Shown: one piece after another, positions 27,043-43,760 of the stretch
Numbering within the stretch: the first letter of the stretch is position 1
Layout of the letters: the number at the start of each line of letters is the position of its first letter
Assembly: GCF_016026235.1 (NCBI RefSeq)
Contig: NZ_CP065613.1
Origin: Escherichia coli
GTDB lineage: Bacteria > Pseudomonadota > Gammaproteobacteria > Enterobacterales > Enterobacteriaceae
Reading direction: 5' to 3' (one strand)
Length of the DNA stretch: 64,000 bases
Position numbers and translations under genes: made by a program
Notes under the pieces: model-generated
Told to the model about the DNA's origin: nothing
Databases searched by the model: none
What the model saw: the letters and a program-made list of their open reading frames with translations, nothing else

Positions 27043-29397
27043 ATGAATCCTGAGCGTTCTGAACGCATTGAAATCCCCGTATTGCCGCTGCGCGATGTGG
27101 TGGTTTATCCGCACATGGTCATCCCCTTATTTGTCGGGCGGGAAAAATCTATCCGTTGTCTGGAAGCGGCGATGGACCATGATAAAAAAATTATGCTGGT
27201 CGCGCAGAAAGAAGCTTCAACGGATGAGCCGGGTGTAAACGATCTTTTCACCGTCGGGACCGTGGCCTCTATATTGCAGATGCTGAAACTGCCTGACGGC
27301 ACCGTCAAAGTGCTGGTCGAGGGGTTACAGCGCGCGCGTATTTCTGCGCTCTCTGACAATGGCGAACACTTTTCTGCGAAGGCGGAGTATCTGGAGTCGC
27401 CGACCATTGATGAGCGAGAACAGGAAGTGCTGGTGCGTACTGCAATCAGCCAGTTCGAAGGCTACATCAAGCTGAACAAAAAAATCCCACCAGAAGTGCT
27501 GACGTCGCTGAATAGCATCGACGATCCGGCGCGTCTGGCGGATACCATTGCTGCACATATGCCGCTGAAACTGGCTGACAAACAGTCCGTTCTGGAGATG
27601 TCCGACGTTAACGAACGTCTGGAATATCTGATGGCAATGATGGAATCGGAAATCGATCTGCTGCAGGTTGAGAAACGCATTCGCAACCGCGTTAAAAAGC
27701 AGATGGAGAAATCCCAGCGTGAGTACTATCTGAACGAGCAAATGAAAGCTATTCAGAAAGAACTCGGTGAAATGGACGACGCGCCGGACGAAAACGAAGC
27801 CCTGAAGCGCAAAATCGACGCGGCGAAAATGCCGAAAGAGGCAAAAGAGAAAGCGGAAGCAGAGCTGCAGAAGCTGAAAATGATGTCTCCGATGTCGGCA
27901 GAAGCGACCGTAGTGCGTGGTTATATCGACTGGATGGTACAGGTACCGTGGAATGCGCGCAGCAAGGTCAAAAAAGACCTGCGTCAGGCGCAGGAAATCC
28001 TTGATACCGACCATTATGGTCTGGAGCGCGTGAAAGATCGAATCCTTGAGTATCTTGCGGTTCAAAGCCGTGTCAACAAAATCAAGGGACCGATCCTCTG
28101 CCTGGTAGGGCCGCCGGGGGTAGGTAAAACCTCCCTGGGTCAGTCCATCGCCAAAGCCACTGGGCGTAAATATGTCCGTATGGCGCTGGGCGGCGTGCGT
28201 GATGAAGCGGAAATCCGTGGTCACCGCCGTACTTACATCGGTTCTATGCCGGGTAAACTGATCCAGAAAATGGCGAAAGTGGGCGTGAAAAACCCGCTGT
28301 TCCTGCTCGATGAGATCGACAAAATGTCTTCTGACATGCGAGGCGATCCGGCCTCTGCACTGCTTGAAGTGCTGGATCCAGAGCAGAACGTAGCGTTCAG
28401 CGACCACTACCTGGAAGTGGATTACGATCTCAGCGACGTGATGTTTGTCGCGACGTCGAACTCCATGAACATTCCGGCACCGCTGCTGGATCGTATGGAA
28501 GTGATTCGCCTCTCCGGTTATACCGAAGATGAAAAACTGAACATCGCCAAACGTCACCTGCTGCCGAAGCAGATTGAACGTAATGCACTGAAAAAAGGTG
28601 AGCTGACCGTCGACGATAGCGCCATTATCGGCATTATTCGTTACTACACCCGTGAGGCGGGCGTGCGTGGTCTGGAGCGTGAAATCTCCAAGCTGTGTCG
28701 CAAAGCGGTTAAGCAGTTACTGCTCGATAAGTCATTAAAACATATCGAAATTAACGGCGATAACCTGCATGACTATCTCGGTGTTCAGCGTTTTGACTAT
28801 GGACGCGCGGATAACGAAAACCGTGTCGGTCAGGTAACCGGTCTGGCGTGGACTGAAGTGGGCGGTGACTTGCTGACCATTGAAACCGCATGTGTTCCGG
28901 GGAAAGGCAAACTGACCTATACCGGTTCGCTCGGCGAAGTGATGCAGGAGTCCATTCAGGCGGCGTTAACGGTGGTTCGTGCGCGTGCGGAAAAACTGGG
29001 GATCAACCCTGATTTTTACGAAAAACGCGACATCCACGTCCACGTACCGGAAGGTGCGACGCCGAAAGATGGTCCGAGTGCTGGTATTGCTATGTGCACC
29101 GCGCTGGTTTCTTGCCTGACCGGTAACCCGGTTCGTGCCGATGTGGCAATGACCGGTGAGATCACTCTGCGTGGTCAGGTACTGCCGATCGGTGGTTTGA
29201 AAGAAAAACTACTGGCAGCGCATCGGGGCGGGATTAAAACAGTGTTAATTCCGTTCGAAAATAAACGCGATCTGGAAGAGATTCCTGACAACGTAATTGC
29301 CGATCTGGACATTCATCCTGTGAAGCGCATTGAGGAAGTTCTGACTCTGGCGCTGCAAAATGAACCGTCTGGCATGCAGGTTGTGACTGCAAAATAG
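27043..29397 (+). CDS. lon: Lon protease
   Basis: Met at 27043 gives [26 protein letters not shown]; Walker [10 protein letters not shown]; 784 aa. Confidence 0.97.
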   Translation: MNPERSERIEIPVLPLRDVVVYPHMVIPLFVGREKSIRCLEAAMDHDKKIMLVAQKEASTDEPGVNDLFTVGTVASILQMLKLPDGTVKVLVEGLQRARISALSDNGEHFSAKAEYLESPTIDEREQEVLVRTAISQFEGYIKLNKKIPPEVLTSLNSIDDPARLADTIAAHMPLKLADKQSVLEMSDVNERLEYLMAMMESEIDLLQVEKRIRNRVKKQMEKSQREYYLNEQMKAIQKELGEMDDAPDENEALKRKIDAAKMPKEAKEKAEAELQKLKMMSPMSAEATVVRGYIDWMVQVPWNARSKVKKDLRQAQEILDTDHYGLERVKDRILEYLAVQSRVNKIKGPILCLVGPPGVGKTSLGQSIAKATGRKYVRMALGGVRDEAEIRGHRRTYIGSMPGKLIQKMAKVGVKNPLFLLDEIDKMSSDMRGDPASALLEVLDPEQNVAFSDHYLEVDYDLSDVMFVATSNSMNIPAPLLDRMEVIRLSGYTEDEKLNIAKRHLLPKQIERNALKKGELTVDDSAIIGIIRYYTREAGVRGLEREISKLCRKAVKQLLLDKSLKHIEINGDNLHDYLGVQRFDYGRADNENRVGQVTGLAWTEVGGDLLTIETACVPGKGKLTYTGSLGEVMQESIQAALTVVRARAEKLGINPDFYEKRDIHVHVPEGATPKDGPSAGIAMCTALVSCLTGNPVRADVAMTGEITLRGQVLPIGGLKEKLLAAHRGGIKTVLIPFENKRDLEEIPDNVIADLDIHPVKRIEEVLTLALQNEPSGMQVVTAK

Positions 29398-29429
29398 TGA
29401 CCTCGCGCAAAATGCACTAATAAAAACAG

Positions 29430-29466
29430 GGCTGGCAGGCTAATTCGGGCTTGCCAGCCTTTTTTT
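29430..29466 (+). terminator. putative terminator downstream of lon
   Basis: hairpin GGCTGGCAGGC...GCTTGCCAGCC followed by T7. Confidence 0.6.
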
Positions 29467-29605
29467 GTCTCGCTAAGTTAGATGGCGGATCGGGCTTGCC
29501 CTTATTAAGGGGTGTTGTAAGGGGATGGCTGGCCTGATATAACTGCTGCGCGTTCGTACCTTGAAGGATTCAAGTGCGATATAAATTATAAAGAGGAAGA
29601 GAAGA

Positions 29606-29878
29606 GTGAATAAATCTCAATTGATCGACAAGATTGCTGCAGGGGCTGATATCTCTAAAGCTGCGGCTGGCCGTGCGTTAGATGCTATTATTGCTTCCGT
29701 AACTGAATCTCTGAAAGAAGGGGATGATGTAGCACTGGTAGGTTTTGGTACTTTTGCCGTTAAAGAGCGTGCTGCCCGTACTGGCCGCAACCCGCAGACC
29801 GGTAAAGAGATCACCATCGCTGCCGCTAAAGTACCGAGCTTCCGTGCAGGTAAAGCACTGAAAGACGCGGTAAACTAA
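29606..29878 (+). CDS. hupB: DNA-binding protein HU-beta
   Basis: 90-aa [32 protein letters not shown]... Confidence 0.97.
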
Positions 29879-29911
29879 GCGTTGTCCCCAGTGGGGATGT
29901 GACGAAGTTCA

Positions 29912-29943
29912 AGGGCGCATCTACTGATGTGCCTTTTTTATTT
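29912..29943 (+). terminator. putative terminator downstream of hupB
   Basis: hairpin GGCGCATC...GATGTGCC followed by TTTTTTATTT. Confidence 0.55.
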
Positions 29944-30069
29944 GTATTCGGTGACTTTCTGTGTCTTGTGGGCTGACAATTGCCCCCGTTTCTTGTCACA
30001 ATAGGCCTTTGCGCGCATCGATACGTTGCGTGAGGTACACAGTCATCTACAGCGGAGTGTTGTTACACC

Positions 30070-32047
<1,978 letters not shown>

Positions 32048-32048
32048 C

Positions 32049-32515
<467 letters not shown>

Positions 32516-32556
32516 TGACCTCTGTACTTATAACAACAACGTAAGGTTATTGCGCT

Positions 32557-32955
32557 ATGCAAACACAAATCAAAGTTCGTGGATATCATCTCGACGTTTA
32601 CCAGCACGTCAACAACGCCCGCTACCTTGAATTTCTCGAAGAAGCCCGCTGGGATGGGTTGGAAAATAGCGACAGTTTTCAGTGGATGACGGCCCATAAC
32701 ATCGCCTTCGTCGTGGTCAATATCAATATTAACTATCGTCGCCCAGCGGTATTAAGCGACCTGTTAACTATTACCAGTCAGTTGCAGCAATTAAACGGTA
32801 AAAGCGGCATCTTAAGCCAGGTCATTACACTGGAGCCGGAAGGGCAGGTGGTAGCGGATGCGCTTATTACGTTTGTTTGTATTGATCTTAAAACGCAGAA
32901 AGCATTAGCTCTGGAAGGGGAATTGCGCGAAAAGCTGGAGCAGATGGTTAAGTAA
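32557..32955 (+). CDS. fadM: long-chain acyl-CoA thioesterase FadM (YbaW)
   Basis: 132-aa ORF; hotdog-fold thioesterase-like; synteny. Confidence 0.85.
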   Translation: MQTQIKVRGYHLDVYQHVNNARYLEFLEEARWDGLENSDSFQWMTAHNIAFVVVNININYRRPAVLSDLLTITSQLQQLNGKSGILSQVITLEPEGQVVADALITFVCIDLKTQKALALEGELREKLEQMVK

Positions 32956-32967
32956 ACGTTTTGTGGT

Positions 32968-32992
32968 GCCGGATGCTCAAGCCGCATCCGGC
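32968..32992. terminator. hairpin between convergent fadM and queC (possible bidirectional terminator or REP)
   Basis: perfect 9-bp stem GCCGGATGC/GCATCCGGC. Confidence 0.4.
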
Positions 32993-33006
32993 GACACCCG
33001 GAATAA

Positions 33007-33702
33007 TTACCTCAACCCGGTTTTCTGCTTCATCGCTGCCATCACCGTCGGTTTATCGGCCAGATAATGATTCAAACCGTTGGCGCGTAAATTACATGCC
33101 GCACAATGACCGCAACCGTCGCCTTTAATGCCGTTATAGCAGGTCAACGTTTCGTTACGGACTAAATCCAGTTTGCCGTAATAATCTGCCAGCGCCCAGG
33201 TTTCCGCTTTATCAATCCACATCAGCGGCGTTTCAAAACGAATATCTTTCGCCATGCCCAAACTGACGGCATGGTTTAGTGCTTTCACAAACTCATCGCG
33301 GCAATCCGGGTAGCCGGAGAAATCCGTTTCACAGACGCCGGTAATTACGGCTTCTGCTTTTACCTGATACGCATATATTGCCGCCAGCGTCAGGAACAAA
33401 ATATTACGCCCTGGGACAAACGTATTCGGGATGCCATCGGCTTCAGGTTCATAATCAGGCACCGGAATGCTGTCACGTGTCAGGCTGCTGACCGCCAGCT
33501 CGTTGAGCAGCGTTACATCAAGAACCTTATGCGCGCGTGCTCCCAGTTTCAGCGCCAGTTCGCGTGCCACGTCGATTTCTGCGCGATGTCGCTGACCGTA
33601 ATCGAACGTCACGCAATGGACTTCATCATATTGTTGTAATGCCTGCACCAGACAGGTGGTGGAATCCTGGCCTCCACTGAACACAACGACAGCACGTTTC
33701 AT
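33007..33702 (-). CDS. queC: 7-cyano-7-deazaguanine synthase
   Basis: 231-aa ORF; PP-loop SGGQDS; C-terminal Cys cluster. Confidence 0.92.
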
Positions 33703-33766
33703 AGATAATCCTGCTTGAACAATAAAAGCGTTATGGTAACGCCTGCGATTAACCCGGACCAGCTAT

Positions 33767-35467
33767 TCATTGCGACGGCGCGGGAAGCCAGGCTTCGGTA
33801 AATTCAAACCAGCCGCGCGGTGTCAGTCGCACACCGTTCACGCCGGGAGGGGCACTAATGCGATAGTGATAGTTGAACAGCGGCGTCAGCGTCGCGTCTG
33901 CCATTAACTGGCTAAAAACCGCTTTCAGGGCATTAAATCGGTTTTCCTCATCAGGCATTACTTGCACCGCGTCCAGTGTCGATTGCAAATGGGCATATGC
34001 TGGAGCGTCGAAAACATGTGGCCACAGTGGATCGCAACGTAGCCATTGCTCCAGAGTATATTCCGGTGCTTCGCCAATTAATCTGTCGCCCATCATGAGG
34101 TCTGCGTGTGCCAGTAGGGTCGTGTCGTCCCAGTTTTTTGCGTTATGAAAAATAATTGTGAGTTCACAGCCTTCCGCTGCCAGTGTCGCCTGTAAGCGTT
34201 CTGCCATGGTATGAAGTTCTATCGGTAGGTGATAAACCAGCGTCAAGGTTTTCGGTAGTTTGACTTCATCCGGTACGTGCCAATGCGGAATAGTCCAGCC
34301 TGGCAGTAATGCATGACTGGCGGTGATCAGGTTTTCTCCGACTTCTAACGTTTGTAATAAACCGGATTGATGAATAATGGAGATCACTTTTCGCGCCTGC
34401 CAGAGGGAGAGTCGGGGACTTTTGCGCAACGTTAAATAGCAAAAACCTAAACTGATGCCACTACTGACCTGGCTGACCCGTTGCAGCTCCTCCGGTTTGC
34501 CGATGGTGATTTGCACGGGATGCCGACAACTGGTTCCCAAATCTTTTTCGAAAAGCGGCGGAGTTATCCAGTACTCAACCGCTTTAAGCAGCGGATGACG
34601 TAAATGGTAATAATCATGGCTTTCCAGGCGCACCAGCTCCGCTGTGAATTGTGTTAAGCGAAAAGGACCCGTGCCGATCAGTGGGAATTGCGGATGCGCC
34701 AGATGGCTGCAATAGCTCGCCAGCCGGTGCGCAAGCCAGTAATCAGGGCGATGTAAAAAGAAGGTCAGACACTGCGGATGGGTGACCTCAATACGCTTCA
34801 CGCTAATAAATAATTGATCCAGTGCTGGCAGTTGTAACAGCATCAATAATCGCTGGTGTAAGTGTGAGGCTTTTACTGCATCGCCGTTATGCCAGTGTAG
34901 GGTTGAACGAAGATAAAAGTCCCAGCGTAACCCGTCAGCAGAGGTTTCCCAGTGATGCGCTAAATCGCCAATCGGGCGCTGGGTATTATTATCGAAGCGG
35001 GTCAGGCCGGAAAATATCTGTCCGGCGAGATGCTGCTCGGCACGGCCGGGCAAAAAGCCCGGTTGTAGCGGTTCGAGCGGGCGATAGTAGGGAATACGCA
35101 ACGTGGGCGTATCGTTTTGCCATTGTCCGCCCATAAACGGCTGTAACAGAGTGCGCAGCTCACCTGGGGCCAGTTGCGCCAGCTCCAGCACATCTTGCTG
35201 CTTTCCGGTTTCCAGTGCCTGTTCCATCATCGCATTGCGTAGCGATTCTGGCGTGACCAGAAAGCGTAATTGTCCGCGCTTTCCGCGTCCTGACTGCGCC
35301 TGCCACTCCAGCCATCCCGCCTCTTGTGCCTGACGCAACAGCGTACGAACATGGCGTTCGCTGCAAAAACAGCGTTCGGCCAGTTCGCTGACGGTGACGG
35401 TTTGCGGCTTTCCGGCGGAAGGTTGCCACAGACGTTGATACTGGTTAAGACGGTTGAGCAGTCGCAT
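33767..35467 (-). CDS. ybaE: uncharacterised substrate-binding-protein-like protein YbaE
   Basis: ORF 33767..35482; synteny; likely start at Met 35467. Confidence 0.8.
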   Translation of the reverse strand: MRLLNRLNQYQRLWQPSAGKPQTVTVSELAERCFCSERHVRTLLRQAQEAGWLEWQAQSGRGKRGQLRFLVTPESLRNAMMEQALETGKQQDVLELAQLAPGELRTLLQPFMGGQWQNDTPTLRIPYYRPLEPLQPGFLPGRAEQHLAGQIFSGLTRFDNNTQRPIGDLAHHWETSADGLRWDFYLRSTLHWHNGDAVKASHLHQRLLMLLQLPALDQLFISVKRIEVTHPQCLTFFLHRPDYWLAHRLASYCSHLAHPQFPLIGTGPFRLTQFTAELVRLESHDYYHLRHPLLKAVEYWITPPLFEKDLGTSCRHPVQITIGKPEELQRVSQVSSGISLGFCYLTLRKSPRLSLWQARKVISIIHQSGLLQTLEVGENLITASHALLPGWTIPHWHVPDEVKLPKTLTLVYHLPIELHTMAERLQATLAAEGCELTIIFHNAKNWDDTTLLAHADLMMGDRLIGEAPEYTLEQWLRCDPLWPHVFDAPAYAHLQSTLDAVQVMPDEENRFNALKAVFSQLMADATLTPLFNYHYRISAPPGVNGVRLTPRGWFEFTEAWLPAPSQ

Positions 35468-35566
35468 ATAAACCCGGAACAATATTATTTAACTATTCAC
35501 TATTACTTCCGTATATATCAGGTGATACTCAATCACCATTAACCGTGTCACAGAGTGGAGAAAGAA

Positions 35567-36385
35567 ATGGCTCGTCTGGCAGCATTTGATATGGATGGCA
35601 CTTTATTGATGCCTGACCATCATTTAGGTGAGAAAACCCTCTCTACTTTGGCGCGACTGCGTGAACGCGACATTACCCTCACTTTTGCCACGGGGCGTCA
35701 TGCGCTGGAGATGCAGCATATTCTCGGGGCGCTATCGCTGGATGCATATTTGATTACCGGCAACGGAACGCGCGTGCATTCTCTGGAAGGTGAACTTTTA
35801 CATCGTGATGATTTACCTGCGGATGTCGCGGAGCTGGTGCTGTATCAGCAATGGGATACCCGAGCCAGCATGCATATCTTCAATGACGATGGTTGGTTTA
35901 CCGGGAAAGAGATCCCTGCGTTGTTGCAGGCATTTGTCTATAGCGGTTTTCGTTATCAGATAATCGATGTCAAAAAAATGCCACTCGGCAGCGTCACCAA
36001 GATCTGCTTCTGTGGCGATCACGACGATCTTACACGCTTGCAGATCCAGCTATACGAAGCATTAGCCGAGCGTGCACATTTGTGTTTTTCCGCCACGGAT
36101 TGCCTCGAAGTGCTGCCGGTGGGCTGCAATAAAGGCGCTGCACTGACGGTGCTGACCCAACATTTAGGTTTATCGTTGCGCGATTGCATGGCCTTTGGTG
36201 ATGCGATGAACGATCGCGAAATGTTAGGCAGCGTCGGTAGCGGATTTATTATGGGCAATGCGATGCCGCAACTGCGCGCGGAGCTCCCGCATTTACCGGT
36301 GATTGGACATTGCCGAAATCAGGCTGTCTCTCACTATTTGACGCACTGGCTGGACTATCCACATCTACCTTATTCCCCCGAATAA
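35567..36385 (+). CDS. cof: HAD-family phosphatase Cof (HMP-PP phosphatase)
   Basis: Met at 35567 gives [14 protein letters not shown] (HAD motif I). Confidence 0.9.
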
Positions 36386-36537
36386 CGAGATCCCTTCCAG
36401 CACCGAGCAATTGCCCGGTTTTTTTTGCGTTGAATTTGTCATTTTGTGCCGTGGTGTTTAAACCGCACAGAATAAATTGTCGTGATTTCACCTTTAAAAT
36501 AAAATTAAAAGAGAAAAAAATTCTCTGTGGAAGGGCT

Positions 36538-36996
36538 ATGTTAGATAAAATTGACCGTAAGCTGCTGGCCTTACTGCAGCAGGATTGCACCCTCTCTTTG
36601 CAGGCACTGGCTGAAGCCGTTAATCTGACAACCACCCCTTGCTGGAAGCGCCTGAAACGGCTGGAGGACGACGGTATCCTTATCGGCAAAGTCGCCCTGC
36701 TGGATCCGGAAAAAATAGGCCTCGGCCTGACCGCCTTTGTGCTGATAAAAACGCAACATCACAGCAGCGAATGGTATTGCCGCTTTGTCACGGTGGTTAC
36801 CGAAATGCCAGAAGTGCTGGGGTTCTGGCGCATGGCTGGTGAATACGATTATCTGATGCGCGTCCAGGTTGCCGACATGAAACGCTACGACGAGTTTTAT
36901 AAGCGTCTGGTAAACAGCGTGCCGGGGCTGTCGGACGTCACTTCCAGCTTCGCGATGGAACAGATTAAATACACCACTTCTTTACCCATCGAATAA
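36538..36996 (+). CDS. decR: Lrp/AsnC-family transcriptional regulator YbaO (DecR)
   Basis: Met at 36538 gives [31 protein letters not shown] (HTH); the longer ORF is an extension. Confidence 0.88.
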
Positions 36997-37025
36997 ATAT
37001 CCAGAATCAGGTCAGGACACAACGC

Positions 37026-40572
<3,547 letters not shown>

Positions 40573-40684
40573 ATAGCGCAATATTTCATCGTTGGTGCAA
40601 AAATGTAACGCACTGTGCACTGTCATAGTGCGTTTTCATTTTCAATCTTCTTAACTTCCTGCTCTCTTTCTCGTTTTTCATTTC

Positions 40685-40700
40685 TGGCACACCGCTTGCA
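40685..40700 (+). promoter_or_regulatory. sigma-54 (-24/-12) promoter of glnK
   Basis: TGGCAC-N5-TTGCA exactly matches the sigma54 consensus, about 55 nt upstream of glnK. Confidence 0.7.
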
Positions 40701-40752
40701 ATACCTTCTTCGTGTAGCAGAACCATTACCGAATTCTGACCGGAGGGGATCT

Positions 40753-41091
40753 ATGAAGCTGGTGACCGTGATAATCAAACCATTCAAGCTGGAAGACGTT
40801 CGTGAAGCGTTATCTTCCATTGGTATTCAGGGCCTGACCGTCACCGAAGTGAAAGGTTTCGGGCGTCAGAAAGGGCATGCCGAGCTGTACCGGGGGGCGG
40901 AATACAGCGTCAACTTCCTGCCAAAAGTAAAAATTGATGTGGCGATTGCTGATGACCAACTCGATGAAGTGATCGATATCGTCAGTAAGGCGGCTTACAC
41001 CGGAAAAATTGGCGACGGCAAAATCTTCGTCGCTGAATTGCAACGCGTCATTCGTATTCGTACCGGCGAAGCCGACGAAGCGGCGCTGTAA
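40753..41091 (+). CDS. glnK: nitrogen regulatory protein PII-2
   Basis: Met at 40753 gives MKLVTVIIKPFKLEDVREALSSIGIQGLTVTEVKGFGRQKG; 112 aa. Confidence 0.95.
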   Translation: MKLVTVIIKPFKLEDVREALSSIGIQGLTVTEVKGFGRQKGHAELYRGAEYSVNFLPKVKIDVAIADDQLDEVIDIVSKAAYTGKIGDGKIFVAELQRVIRIRTGEADEAAL

Positions 41092-41274
41092 TCTCTGGCA
41101 CACAGCAACAGGAACGAAAAATGAAGATAGCGACGATAAAAACTGGGCTTGCTTCACTGGCGATGCTGCCGGGACTGGTAATGGCTGCACCTGCGGTGGC
41201 CGATAAAGCCGACAATGCGTTTATGATGATTTGTACTGCGCTGGTGCTGTTTATGACTATTCCGGGGATTGCCC

Positions 41275-42567
41275 CTGAGGGATCCCCAGAAAATTTAGTA
41301 AACCATTATCATATTGGTATACCGTTGCTGTAGAACTTTCAGCCCTGCGTCAAGTGACAGTGTGTTTAGTATGAGTGGAGAATGTCGAATCACATTCTCC
41401 GCCAGTTTTAATAACGAGATGACTCGCCTGTGCTTCACTGTATTTGCCTGATATTTATGATGTATCCCTTTGTTTTCCAGGCTGAAACCGCTTAACCACA
41501 TAATGATACTGGCTAATGTTGCGATCAGACTCAATACCGTGACCCGCCCGGATGAATGACTGGCACCAAACCGTAGTCCAAATCCCCAGCGAGGATTTTT
41601 TCATCCCTGAAATTTTGCTCAATTTGCATTCTACGGCTGTATAATTTCATTACCTGTTTTGGCGAGAACTCAGTACTGTTTGTGAAAATAAACCATGGTG
41701 ATTTCCCGGCAGTACGAGCTTTAGCCGTCACCGATGGTCTGGTTGCTCTTTCCTTCGAGCGTTTAAATCTACGACCTTTAGGCTTACTTTTATAAAGATA
41801 AAAATGCCCTTCATGTTGTGCATTTTTATCTCGACCCAGCAGGCCTTCACCTAAATAAATTGCTGTCGTTGATGCTTTTGTGCCTGAGTCCGACACCTTT
41901 TCCCAGCCATTACCAACATTGTAATAATGATTGCCCAGTACCCGGCAAATATAGGTCCAGCCACGGGAGCGGAGCTGTTGGAACCATCGCCCCTGAAAAC
42001 CGGCATCTGTAATAACAATGACATCAGTCCCGGGGGAAAAGCACTCAGCAAGCGATTCCAGAAAACGCTCATGTACATCTGCATTCGCTGTCTGTGATGA
42101 TGGAACGACACAACTCATCAACGGTAAAGAACGCCCGTCACATGCCAGGCTTGCCCGCAAAAGCTGAAAACGAGAGGCATGATAAGCACTCCAGTCAATG
42201 AGTATCACAACACGAGACATTCCCCGCGTAATCTTTTGGGTAATTCGCTGAAAAATGGTGGAAACCTCATTTTGCAAATGTCGATTCCCCAACAGTCGAT
42301 CCACCCGCTTTATTTTGTTTTTAACTGATGCCGTACCGGTTAAATGACGCCCGATACTGGTAAGTGTGAGGGAAGCGCCATTTATTACAGCATTAGTTGC
42401 GTCAATCAGTGATTTTTGACGGTAAAGATGCAAAGGGGCCAGTATGTTGTTAAGGAAATTTTGGCATAATGAACGTGCAGGCATAGTGGTGATCTCCTTG
42501 AAATTGTTAGCACAATCAATTAGATCACATCTCACTATGCCTGTCTTGTTTTCTGGGGATTCCTCAG
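41275..42567 (-). mobile_element. IS10-like (IS4 family) insertion sequence, about 1.29 kb
   Basis: terminal inverted repeats CTGAGGGATCCCCAGAAAA / CTGAGGAATCCCCAGAAAA; 9-bp direct repeat GGGATTGCC at 41265..41273 and 42568..42576; encodes an IS10-like transposase. Confidence 0.88.
41295..42484 (-). pseudogene. IS4-family DDE transposase, apparently frameshifted (two ORFs: 41531..42484 and 41295..41534)
   Basis: N-terminal part carries KIKRVDRLLGNRHL; C-terminal ORF carries HHKYQANTVKHRRVISLLKLAENVIRHS, both resembling IS10 transposase from memory; frames offset by 1 nt at ~41531. Confidence 0.7.
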
Positions 42568-43726
42568 GGGATTGCCCTGTTTTACGGTGGGTTGATTCGC
42601 GGCAAAAACGTGCTGTCGATGCTGACGCAGGTGACGGTGACATTTGCACTGGTCTGTATTCTCTGGGTGGTTTACGGTTACTCGCTGGCGTTTGGTGAGG
42701 GCAACAACTTCTTCGGCAACATTAACTGGTTGATGCTGAAAAACATCGAACTGACGGCGGTGATGGGCAGCATTTATCAGTATATCCACGTAGCGTTTCA
42801 GGGATCGTTTGCCTGCATTACCGTAGGCTTGATAGTTGGGGCGCTGGCGGAACGAATCCGCTTCTCAGCTGTGTTGATTTTCGTGGTGGTATGGCTGACG
42901 CTCTCTTACATTCCAATTGCGCATATGGTCTGGGGCGGTGGTTTGCTGGCTTCTCACGGTGCGCTGGATTTCGCGGGTGGCACGGTGGTGCACATTAACG
43001 CCGCAATCGCCGGTCTGGTGGGCGCGTATCTGATAGGAAAACGCGTGGGCTTCGGTAAAGAGGCGTTTAAACCGCACAACCTGCCGATGGTCTTCACCGG
43101 GACTGCCATTCTCTATATCGGTTGGTTTGGCTTTAACGCCGGGTCAGCGGGCACGGCGAATGAAATCGCGGCACTGGCATTTGTGAATACTGTGGTCGCA
43201 ACGGCGGCGGCAATTCTTGGCTGGATCTTCGGTGAATGGGCGCTGCGTGGTAAGCCTTCACTGCTGGGGGCGTGTTCTGGCGCGATTGCCGGTCTGGTCG
43301 GCGTGACGCCAGCCTGTGGCTACATTGGTGTTGGCGGCGCGTTGATTATCGGCGTGGTAGCTGGTCTGGCGGGCTTGTGGGGCGTTACCATGCTCAAACG
43401 CTTGCTGCGGGTGGATGATCCCTGCGATGTCTTCGGTGTGCACGGCGTTTGTGGCATTGTCGGCTGTATCATGACCGGGATTTTTGCCGCCAGCTCGCTG
43501 GGCGGCGTGGGCTTCGCTGAAGGTGTGACGATGGGCCATCAGTTGCTGGTACAGCTGGAAAGCATTGCCATTACGATCGTCTGGTCCGGTGTGGTGGCAT
43601 TTATTGGCTACAAACTGGCGGATCTGACGGTTGGCCTGCGTGTGCCGGAAGAACAAGAGCGAGAAGGGCTGGACGTCAACAGTCACGGCGAGAATGCCTA
43701 TAACGCGTAACAAGCACTGCAAAAAA

Positions 43727-43760
43727 CAGCCGGACGGTTTTCACCTCCGGCTATTTTTTT
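43727..43760. terminator. putative bidirectional terminator between amtB and tesB
   Basis: hairpin AGCCGGA...TCCGGCT flanked by A6 and T7. Confidence 0.6.

Larger units (their letters stand above)
41121..43710 (+). pseudogene. amtB: ammonium transporter AmtB interrupted by an IS element after codon 51
   Basis: 5' fragment 41121..41273 (MKIATIKTGLASLAM...MTIPGIA); 3' fragment from 42568 (GIALFYGGLIRGKNV...); the fragments sum to 428 aa once the duplicated GIA is removed. Confidence 0.9.

Noticed and set aside
27325-28557. 410-aa minus-strand ORF antisense to lon
   Set aside because: Lies entirely inside lon on the opposite strand; R/H/F-rich composition; no independent start signal
42485-42649. 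N-terminal 55 codons of the 372-aa ORF 41531..42649, which extends across the IS boundary into amtB sequence
   Set aside because: The ORF runs past the IS terminal repeat at 42567 into flanking DNA; the real transposase start is the internal Met at 42484, preceded by an AAGGAG SD
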